Source: Octopus vulgaris (Eukaryota). Taken from it: a stretch of 64,000 nucleotides of DNA. Shown here one piece after another: positions 51,402-62,283 of the stretch (position 1 is its first letter; the number at the start of each line of letters is the position of its first letter). A model generated the notes under the pieces. That model saw nothing but the letters and a program-made list of their open reading frames with translations, ran no database searches and was not told the origin of the DNA. The stretch lies in NCBI GenBank assembly GCA_951406725.2, contig OX597822.1, positions 112,034,001 through 112,098,000 of the forward strand, written 5' to 3'. The position numbers and the translations under genes were made by a program.

Positions 51402-51682
51402 CGGGAATTACAATTCTGACTTCCCTACTACCAACCACCAAAAAAGTTTCAATTTTTTGTTTACATTTTGTTCCCTCTCCACCTCTGTACTCTTCCCATG
51501 AGGTTTGGGACTTAGAGGGGACAGCTTTTCACATTTCGTTTCCAATACGATTTCCAGCACTTTTCTGTTTCGGAATAGCTGTCCCTCTAAGTCCCATACC
51601 TTATGGGAAGAGTAGAGAAGTGGATGGAGAACAAAACGTTAAAAAGATTGAAACTTTTTCAAGTCAGAATTGTAATTTCCGG
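51402..51682. repeat. Degenerate inverted repeat (old MITE-like)
   Basis: ctcttcccatgaggtttgggacttagaggggacagct versus agctgtccctctaagtcccataccttatgggaagag, extending to ggaattacaattctgactt/aagtcagaattgtaatttcc. Confidence 0.75.
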
Positions 51683-54299
51683 GTAAATATTTCGTAAAGG
51701 ACCCTTTATCGCAAATAGCTGATACGTGGGAGCAAGGTGTGCTAGAAATAGCAGCCAAATTTTTCCTTTTCTGGGGAAAGGAATCGTTTACGTGTGATTT
51801 CGATGTCACATTCGTTGAAAGCATGAGAAATAACCTGGTAAAGGAAGAAAAAAACCGCGAAGCAAAACCCTGTGGATGGGAAACTGCTTTCTTTTCCGGA
51901 AAAAAATTGGCTTTTGGTATGTTTGGAGGTCAGATACGTTAAATGCACTCGAAAAAACTTGTAGAAAAATGACCTCATACCGAGGTACGAACGGGGGTCC
52001 TTTACGAAATATTTACTTTCATTGTTTAAAATAGAAGTTAAAATCTGTCCGCCTTGACCGCTCAATGACCTATGAGTCAGACACCATCTCTTTCGCCTTT
52101 TGTTCTTTTGAAGGTCAATAGAAATATCCTATTATTTTCAGTCATAGCTGTTGCTTTGCTTCTTCACCTTTGGGTTAGTTCCGCCTAGGCGAAATGATGA
52201 TGTTAGCACGTGCTAAACCCCCCTCATAACTTTTTTATTTTTACAAATTTTTTCAAAAAAAAAATTCGGTTCTGTCTTCTGCATAATAGAATTAATACGT
52301 TTATGAAAAAAAAAAATTGTCTTTTTTGGCAGAGTTCTGATGTAAGTAAGCAGTGTTCTAAAAACCCCTTTCTTTTTTTTACGAATTTTTACAAAATTCT
52401 TTCGCACATGTCTTCTACATAATAGAATTGATACGATTATGGAATGAAATTTAAAATTTCCCCTTTCCACTAGGCAAGACTCCCTCCCCAACACCCTTTT
52501 TTAAAACTTTTTTCCGCCCCCCCCCTTTTCGGCTACGGGGAATACGAATCAGCAAAAAAAAAAAAAATTGGCAAAATTCGACATTTCTAAATTACCACCA
52601 GCCACCCCCATTTCATTCATTTTCCACTTTCTTCAGATTTTTGTTTCTCAAAATAAGCAGAAAAATACGAAGATTATGATTCTGAAAAAAATTTCCAAAA
52701 ATCTTTGTAAATTTTTTTTTTTTTTTTAAGAATTTTTTTCTTTTCTAAATATGCAGAAAAATACGGACATCAGGATTTCAAAACATTTCCGAACTTACGG
52801 TTACGGTTTTAGGATTAGTGTTGCGGAAAAAGAGTCAAAATTGAAGAAGTTGGGGGGGGAAATGGTGGGGAAAATTTCTCACAATGCCGATTTTCGGCAA
52901 TTTTCTGGACCCTCCGTATCCAAAAAGGGGGGGGGGGGCAAAAAAAATAATAAATAAGCAAATTTGAGAGAAAATGGGACGGGCGGAAGTCTTTCCACTC
53001 TTTTTCTATCTTTATTAAATCCTTGGTTTTAAAATTTCCAAATAATTTCTCAAATACTTGGAAATGAAAATCGAAAAAGTTCAAACAGTCGCGCATGCGC
53101 ATGGCGACCAGTGCGCGTCTCCACAAGAATCACGTGGAAGAGAAAAATCATTGACTAACAGGAATTTATTATATAAGAGTTGACCCCTGGCGAGGTCACG
53201 ATCAAATTGGAATTTGGATTCTGTGGCTCTAGTGGAGGTGTGCGCTGGTCGCATGTCGATGAGGTGGTCACCCACCTACAGGATGGCATGAAATGTAACA
53301 CTACCTGAAATGTAACAATACGTTCATAAAGCACTTGGCGGAAATTATTTTAAAAATCTGCCGGTCAAAGCGAAAAGATACCCCCCCCCCCCCTTTTTTT
53401 TTTAAATTTTGTTTATTTTATTTATACATTTTTATACATTTATTTATTTATTTAATTTTATAATTTATTTATTTTTTTTATACACAAACCCCATTTTCGG
53501 CTACGGAAAATACGCATCTGCAAAAAAAAATTGGCAAAAATCGGCATTTTGAACTCCCCCTCCCCTATTTTTTTTTTTTTTTTTTAAACTTTTTTCGGGT
53601 TTTTTTCCCCTTCAAAATATGCGGTAAAATACGGAGATTATAATTATGAAAAAAAAAATCCAAAAATTTTTGTAAAATTTGAATTCAAAAAAAAAAAAAA
53701 AATTACTACTTTTTTTTTCCAGAATTTTTTTCCCCCTAAAATATGCGGAAAAATACTGAGATTATGATTCCAAAAAATTTTGTAGTTCGGGTATTTAGTT
53801 TGCATATCTCCACGAAATTTCGTAAGCAGAAAAGTTATGAGTGTGGCTGGTTTACTACTAGGTGCTTATATCAGAACTCCGCCTCTCCTGAAACGAAGAT
53901 ATCGATGCAGTTATATTTAGTTCGAACTCTTGGCAATGTTTGCAAAGTGGAATAAGAAGACAGCTGGGATGATTAGAAGAGACACTGGTGGTTGGTTGGG
54001 TGTTACATGTAGGCCATTATGATAGAAGAAACTGTCAACGAGTGAATAGTTTACTAATCAGCCAAGCAGTAGGTCTTTAGTTTAGAAGAGTTACCAGCTC
54101 AATATGAAAGTACTATCGGTTCTAAAAAAAAAAAAAAAGAACTTTAGTATACAGTTCTATATATATAATATAATATATATATTATATATTATGTGATATA
54201 TATATTACATAATATATTATATAATATGTGATGGTATATATATTACATAATATATTATGATGGAGGACTGGAATAGCACACCCACATGTTGGATTTTCG

Positions 54300-54555
54300 G
54301 TACTACTTGAGAACAGTCGTCCCTGTGCGCGCATTCGCGCTAGCTAGTCGTGACTAGTCGATCCTACAACGACTACCCTAGCAAAGTAAATAAAACACAA
54401 AATAAATAATTTTTTTTACACAAAGTAAATAAAACACAAAAACACAAAGTAAATAACACAAAAGCACAAAGTAAGAATCGACTAGTCATGACTAGCTAGC
54501 GTGGATGCGCGAGTATGCGAGTGCGCGCACCGGGACCACTGTTTTCAAATAGTAC
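54300..54555. repeat. MITE-like inverted repeat
   Basis: gtactacttgagaacagt...gctagctagtcgtgactagtcgat versus atcgactagtcatgactagctagc...actgttttcaaatagtac. Confidence 0.75.
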
Positions 54556-54804
54556 CTGGATTTTCTCCGTTTTGACAGGAATATTTCAAATTTTTTTTTT
54601 TTCACCTCTTTGGAAGTTTCTCCACCGCCACGTGCACACAATGAGAAAAATAACGTATTTTTCTTTGTAAAATCATGGGTGTTCGCACCTACCTAACTCT
54701 CAACCCAACCCTGGTATAAACGCCTTAACATTGTTATTATTACTGATATAATTCATTTGCTAAAACTCGGAGGGAAATTAAAAGTCCGAAAGAAAGTGAA
54801 AATC

Positions 54805-55166
54805 ATCTTTCGTCTCTAGTAGACCTTTCCGTCGATTTCCGTAAAAAATTTTTTTTTTTACATATGGGCTTGCGGGAACTTTTGAAGTAATGAGAGCGAA
54901 AGAGACTAAGAGAAAGCGATTGTATGACGAGGGAAGTTCTTTTGAAGTTACCATGTGTGTGTTTGATGGGGTGTGGGAGACAGACAGTATGTTGTGTAAG
55001 TGAAGTGCTTCTGTTAGTATGTGTGAAAGAAAGAGATAAGTGAAATTTTTTACTCGGTGTATGTGTATATGTATGTATATTACTTCAAAAGTTCCCGCAA
55101 GCCCATATGTAAAAAAAAAAATTTTTTTACGGAAATCGACGGAAAGGTCTACTAGAGACGAAAGAT
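54805..55166. mobile_element. Foldback/MITE-like element, same family, ~87-bp arms
   Basis: atctttcgtctctagtagacctttccgtcgatttccgtaaa... and its reverse complement ending at 55166. Confidence 0.8.
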
Positions 55167-55801
55167 CGCCAATCGTTTAATGATTGTAATGGTGACCACT
55201 GTCCTGATGGATTTTCACAGATTTCAACACCTTTTCTGTTAACAAAAATGGTTTTCAAGTACGTAGAGCAAAAAAAATTTTTTGAAAAAGTCTGATCTAA
55301 GGAAGGGGGTGAAGTAAAAAAAAAACAAACATAACATTTCAAAAAGATTTCTTTGTAAAAAGCTTTCCCCTATCATTTTAAAGTGCTTGGTGAAAAAAAC
55401 AAATTTGAAAAGTTCTTGTCAAAACGGAATAACTCCAAATTATGTCGTGACCTATTCCAGATCTCCACCAAATTATTAGGTGTGGCTGTGTAGTAAGAAG
55501 TTTACTTTCCTACCACATGGTTCCAGGTTCACTCCCACTTTGGCAAATGTCTTCTATAACCTCGTGAGTGGATTTGGTAGATGGAAACTGAAAAAAAGCC
55601 CATTATGTGTTTATATATATATATATATGTGTGTTTGTCCTCCACTTAACAACTGATATTGGTGTGTTTATGTCCCCTGTAACTGAGCAGTTCTGCAAAA
55701 GAAACCGATAAAATAAATACCAGGCTTAAAAAAAAATATTGGAGTCACTTGGTTCAACTAAAATTCTTCAAGGCAGTGTTCCAGCATAATCAGTCGAATG
55801 A

Positions 55802-56435
55802 CTCAAAAGTCTAGGCCCCACAAACTCATCTGTAATGATATCCCGGCAACAGGAGAAGAAACTGCGTCTGTGAGTGAATGTATACCAATTAACCAAATTA
55901 TGTTTAGACTCTTGACTAGAATATTTGTAGTAGTGAAGAGGATCTTGAATTTTGAAGAGTAAATAAGATGATACAGGTTTGCTTATATATACCTATTTCT
56001 TCACTACCCACAAAAGGCTAAACACAGAGAGGACAAACAAACGAATCAAGTCGATTACATCGACCCCAGTGCGTAACTGGTACTTATTTAATCAACCCCG
56101 AAAGGATGAAAGGCAAAGTCGACCTTGGCGGAATTTGAACTCAGAACATAGCGGCAGACGAAATACGGCTATGCATTTTACCCGGCGTGCTCATCCTTTC
56201 GGGGTTGAATAAATAAGTACCAGTTACGCACTGGAGTCGATATAATCGACTTAATTCGTTTGTTTGTCTTCTCTGTGTTTAGCCCATTGTGGGTAGTAAA
56301 GAAATAGGTATATATAAGCAAACCTGAGTCTAAACATAATTTGGCTAATAGGTATACATTCACTCACAGACGCAGTTTCTTCTCCTGTTGCCAGCATATC
56401 ATTACAGATTAGTTTGTGGGGCCTAGACTTTTGAG
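55802..56435. repeat. Inverted duplication of a SINE plus flanking DNA
   Basis: 55802-55911 and 55975-56109 are mirrored at 56191-56435. Confidence 0.9.
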
Positions 56436-57429
56436 GATTTTTATTTTGCATTGTTCATGTTTAAGAAGTGTATAGTGCAAGACTGTTTTTCTAAGTGTTG
56501 GAATTGTTTTTCATCATCATCATCACTGTTTAACGTCCGTTTTCCATGCTAGCATGGGTTGGACGATTCGACCAGGGTCTGGGAAGCCAGGAGGCTGCAC
56601 CAGGCTCCAATCTTGATTTGGCAGAGTTTCTACAGCTGGATGCCCTTCCTAACGCCAACCACTCCGTGAGTGTAGTGGGTGCTTTTTATGTGCCACCTGA
56701 GGCTGGCAGCAGCCCCGATTGGTTGGTGCTTTTTACATGCCACCGGCACAGAAGCCAGTCAAGGCGGTGCTGGCATTGGCCACGTTCAGATGGTGCTTTT
56801 TACGTGCCACTGGCACAGGTATCACAACTACAATTTCCATTTGATATTTATTTTGATGTTGATGTACTTGACTCAATAGGTCTCCTCAAGCACAGCAGGT
56901 CATGTGCCACCAGCACAGAAGCCACATTTGGATGGTGCTTTTTACGTGGCGCTGGCGAAACCAGTTTTTGTTTATGTATTGAAGATGTTTTGAAGTTTCA
57001 GTTTGTGGTGGCCTTTGATGTCTAGTCAGGGGTATCTAGATTGCATGCACATGATCCCAGCCCGCATTGAAATAAAGAAGGCATGATGGCTGTATCATTT
57101 TTATTGGTGTGTGTAGTTTGTAGTAACAGTAACTTGGACATTAATGTAGAGAATGAGTAATGTGAGAAATATAACTAAGCCTTGAAGTGTACAGAGTTGG
57201 AATGTGGGCTGGAAGTGAAAGTTATGGAGTTGTAGTTAGCAGGTTGTCATTCTTTTGTTATGAGACAAACCACTGTATCTCTGTTTACAGGGACCTCTGT
57301 AATGAGAGAGAGAGAATATTGGTATTTTATTTGGATAGTAATGAAGCTCAGGTACACACCAAGGATAATGTAATGGACATTGTTAGAACCAGTGAGGTTT
57401 GTGGGTGGAGTTGGAAGCAAATAATGTAT

Positions 57430-57921
57430 ATAATGAAATTATTGTATATAGTGCTCAGGTGCACCACAACTTGTCAAAAGTGCATATGCAGTAATGTACA
57501 AATGTCTGGAAAGTGAACAGTGTAAGAGTCAGATACATGCTTGCGTGTATATAGAGGGGAGAAAATCAGGTGTAGTGTGGGCAAATCTCAGGAAGCATGG
57601 AAGTTTTGAAGGATGCAGTGCTCCAACAACTAAAAAATTAATGCTGGCAGTTTGTTCCATGCTTCAGCAACTCTTAGCGTGAAAAAATATTTCCGAAAGT
57701 TATGGAAGGATCTGTGCTGTTTTCTGACTTTGTAAACATGTCCATGGGTGTTGGACAGATGGAGTTTGAAAAGGTGCTCAGAGTTATTGTTTGTAAGATG
57801 GTTAATAATTTTATGGTGTCTGCCAAGTCAGCTGCCAGACGTCGGAGTTTCAATGCATCCATGCCCAGAGAAGTAAGGCGTTCAGAATATGGCAAATGCC
57901 TGATGGAGGGTATTCTCTTGG
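57430..57921 (-). mobile_element. CR1-like LINE 3' fragment
   Basis: Same family; ORF 57674-57895 PYSERLTSLGMDALKLRR. Confidence 0.85.
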
Positions 57922-58669
57922 TAGCTTTATCTGCAGGATTGTTATTTAGTGATGTTGGTGGAGGGATTCCCCAGAGTTAGAGATTCTCTTTAAAAGAGGG
58001 TGAGAGAGCGTGGTAGTGGCAGTTGGTACACTTTTTAGTTTAGAAGAATGTGTTACATTTTCTAAATATTTTAAGCAGTGGTTGTTTACTCACTCAGAGG
58101 GTTGTGAGAAGGATGTGGTAATTAATACCTTGGACATTGGTATTGGCTACCTGAAATACAAAGTATTGAATGCAGAAGTGAGATAACGAAAGAGATATTA
58201 GTGTCAAAAACGAGGACAAGGTTTATTGTTAGTCATATGAAATGGTGAGTACAGTTAATGTTAGACTCCTCCAATCTGAATAATTTCTTTATTGCGTACA
58301 GGAGGCTAGACATAGAGGGGACAAACAAAGACATTTAAAGGGATTAAATCGATTATATCGACCCCAGTGCGTAACTGGTACTTATTTAATCGACCTCGAA
58401 AGGATGAAAGGCTAAGTGGAATTTGAACTCAGAACATAATGGCAGACGAAATACCTATTTCTTTACTGCCCACAAAGGGCTAAACATAGAAGAGACAGAC
58501 AAAGGGATTAAGTCGATTACATTGACCCCAGTGCGTAACTGGTACTTAATTTATCGACTCCGAAAGGATGAAAGGCAAAGTCGACCTCGGCGGAATTTGA
58601 ACTCAGAACGCAACGGCAGACGAAATACCGCTAAACGTTTCGCTCGGCGTGCTAACATTTCTGCCAGCT

Positions 58670-58820
58670 CGACACCTTCGACCGGACGGGGTCCCGGGAC
58701 GATAGGATCCCGGGACGATAGGATCCCGGGGCCGCAATGTGTGTTCGAGGTGTCAATGTTCACTGAGTCCTGCAAGCCGCGTTCTTCATCGACGGACGAG
58801 CCAAGTGATCCTACCACTAG
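58670..58820 (-). pseudogene. 5.8S rRNA-derived pseudogene embedded in a SINE
   Basis: Minus strand ggatcacttggctcgtccgtcgatgaagaacgcggc...ttgcaggac...gaacattgacacctcgaacacacattgcggccccggg matches conserved 5.8S motifs; internal deletion and 16-bp duplication. Confidence 0.88.
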
Positions 58821-58975
58821 GCATTTCACCCTGTGTGCTAACGATTCTGCCAGCTCACCACCCTACTCCAATCTGAATATTGATATGGAAAAAGTGAAGA
58901 TTATCTTGTGAATTGAGTCGGATTTCATTCTTAGTTAAAACTATTCCATGTTACTTTCTGTATGTGAGTTAGGCT

Positions 58976-59416
58976 TAATTCCTTTCGCATTCAGATTACT
59001 CTGTCAAATGTGACGCTTATTACATTGTTTTCAATTAATTAGGTATTATCTGGTAACTTTGAGATTTCAAAGATGCGATTACATATTTTTGGAATGACAT
59101 TGTAGAGTAGGTGTGAGAAGCCAGATCCGACTGGATTGAATTTAAAACGAATCAAATATTTTGACTGGATATGGCCAGTTTAAATGCTAAAGGGTTAACC
59201 CTTTTGTTACTAACCAGGCTGAAACCGGCTCTGGTTCAAGTGTGTTGTTTTCATAAGTTTTAAATTAAAATCTTCCACCAAATCTTAGTCACAATTTATG
59301 TTCCTAACACTAGCTGAATGATAACTAAGTTATTTTACTAAATTCTTTGTTATATTTAAAGTAATTGAAAGAAATACAGAGCATCTCAAAATAAATACAG
59401 TAACAAAAGGGTTAAA
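58976..59416. mobile_element. Two abutting TTAA MITEs sharing one TTAA
   Basis: ...ctaaagggTTAAcccttttgttac... at 59195-59198; relatives at about 30965 and 34343. Confidence 0.7.
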
Positions 59417-61007
59417 TACATTGACTTTCTGTATCTTCTCCCCTAAAATTTTTAGGCTTTATGGTTAAGAAACATTAACTTTCAAACGAGTCCTTGAGAA
59501 GTTAATTGTTCAATGTCAGTAAATTTAGTACAAAGTACAAATATCTTGTGATCGATGCCGAGTGACCTTTTATCAATAATCGTCTGTACAGATAGTCTTT
59601 AATCCTGTACTAATAGCTTTTTTTTTTTATCTACAACAAACAAATAGTTGTTAATTGACTTGTTATCTTAACTCATCATCGTTTATTTTATTTGAGTATG
59701 AAGGGCAATAACCTGATGGTCCATAGCCTCTCCCAGATAAGTGAGGTTCTATCAATTGATTTTCACTTGGATTTGAGAGAGGAGATAGGTGAACTTGGTT
59801 GGGGTGGTGGTGGTACTACCATATTCATTATATAACAACATGCCTTCGTTACTAGACTGAACACATAACAATAATTGCTTTTATCTATTCAACTAATTAC
59901 TTCCCTCAAATTATTCCTCAATGTTTATATTTAATGCTTTCCTCTTTATCTGTTGTCTGATATGAATGGCTCCCACAAATTCCATTCAATTGTAATTAAT
60001 TAATTCAAACAGTTGTTTTACCGTTGGCTGCTCTTATTGTAAAACAATCGTACATTAGTACAGATTAGGTAGCTTTACTGAAATATTGAAAAGAGGTTGT
60101 TGCCGGTGGCACGTAAAAGCACCCACTACACTCTCGGAGTGGTTGGCGTTAGGAAGGGCATCCAGCTGTAGAAACTCTGCCAGATCAAGATTGAAGCCTG
60201 GTGCAGCCATCTGGTTCACCAGTCCTCAGTCAAAGTTGTCCAACCCATGCTAGCATGGAAAGCGGATGTTAAACGATGATGATGAACTTCAACAGCTCAA
60301 TTGTTTTTTTACTATTGTTTTATCCTCTCCGTGTGTTAATTTTGTTGTTGCTAAACCATTTTTTTCCAGTCCTTAGAGCCAACCATTCAATATCGAACTG
60401 AGGATCCCACATAATACAATTAACTGTAACGTTAATCATACAGTAATTAGACTTTAATCTGCTTCTCACTATTTACCTATAGTGTTGACTCTTGATCTTT
60501 AGTTTCATAATCGATGAACTAATCATCGTTATTGTTTTAGTGTACACTTTGCTATGTTTGCAGGAGGCGGATTTTCTATGGCCGGATGCAAACCCTTGCC
60601 TGTTTCCATGCAAGGTAATATTTCCCTTTAGCCAGGCATCCCTCTCTCTCTTTCGGAGAGGCACTGAGCACCTACACAGCAGTAACTTCTGCCTGCCGAA
60701 TTCAATCACAAAGCTTCCACAAAATGCTGGAAATGAATCACATTGATTTAGATCATTACACAATATCAAGACAAGGAGACCCAAACATACACAAACAGAA
60801 TGTACTTCTTTCTGTTTCCATCTACGTGTCTTTAGGTTCAAATCATACCGGGATCAACTTTAATTTTCACATTACACTTGAGTATTGGTTAAATTAACAA
60901 TACCCTTTTCTTTAAAATGTGTAGCAGAAATAGCTTGTAGGCTAGATTTGCAAAGTGGTATTTCTGTCTCTTATTACTTTGTCTGTGGTCAAACTTTCCA
61001 TAGTTTT

Positions 61008-61930
61008 ACAGTTCTATATTTAAGAGATGAGGAATTATGTACATTATTTACATTTGACAGATATTTGACTCAACATTTCAGCTGATATACCCTCCAGCCT
61101 TCATCAGGTGTCTGGGAAATTTCGAACTTGGGTCCTCATTCCTAAGGTATTTTTCGATATTATTATTCAGTTCACTGCCTGGTATCGAACTTGGAATCTT
61201 GGGGTTAGTAGCCCGTGCTCTTAACCACTACGCCATATGCCTGTGGGCAATTATGGAGTGAATTTTAGGGCTTATAAATCTAATATTTTTCTATCCTTCC
61301 TTAATACCGGTTACCATATGCTACTTATATCTGCACGCAATCTGCTTAGGAGGTTGTGTCCTAGCATATGTACTGCATCTTTTAGTTTTCGTATTTTCCA
61401 GTGGTGTTCTCTATTATTTTAACTTCATCCCACAGGGAGAGGTGGTCTCCATTTTTCCATACATGATCAGCTATATTGATATCTCCTCGTGTCACAGCTT
61501 TGCGATATTTCTCTACCCTTATTTTGAGGGGTTGGCATGTCTCGCCCTTGTATAACCTACCACAGCTGCATTGGAAGGAGTACACGCAGTCTTTGGTCAT
61601 ATTCTCTTCTATTGGTGGTTTTACCCGAAGGAGATATTTGCAAAGTGTTGTATTACTCTTGAATACTGTCCTGATGTCATATGGGCTGCATATCTTTTGT
61701 ATGTTTTCAGAGAGGCCTTTCACATAGGGTAGACAGACTGTGGACACTTTAATGGTTTCATACTCTCCTTTCATCATAACTGGATTGGATAGTATGTTTT
61801 TTGGGCTAGTTGTTACTTAATAGATTGTTACTTAGCTGGATCATTTCTTCCAGAGTCTTGTGGTCTCATTGTGATCACAGTGTCTATAGTTTTCTTTCAC
61901 TTGTCTTATTGGGTAGTAATACCCATTTCA
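61008..61930 (-). mobile_element. Penelope-like element 3' end: linker, GIY-YIG, tRNA-like segment, hammerhead
   Basis: ORF 61382-61777 TVCLPYVKGLSENIQKIC...DCVYSFQCSCGRLYKGETCQPLKIRV...IADHVW, a typical PLE GIY-YIG endonuclease. Confidence 0.88.
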
Positions 61931-62283
61931 CACTACATACCAAAAGAATGTGTATTCTTACATAAGTTATATTGTTATCTTATGTTATTCAGGTTGTATT
62001 TGAAGTACAAAACAGATCTTCATTACACATATGTTAATTTCTCAGAAATTTGCTTTGTATGGGATGAAATGATACACTTAATTATTAATCACTTGTTTAC
62101 AAATGTCTGATTAGAAAAGTTAAAGCAATTATAGATTAAAGTTGGATGACATTAAGAGCAGTTAAAAGATCAGGTAAGAATGCAGTAGAATTGTTAGCAA
62201 ACATAGGGGACAAAATCGGGTTAAAGTAGATACTAGGGGTCAGATGAAAAGTAGTTAAAGATTTTTGATTAGGTATAAATATT

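Noticed and set aside
58670-58820. Functional rDNA unit
   Set aside because: No flanking 18S, 28S or ITS; internal deletion and duplication; embedded in a SINE.
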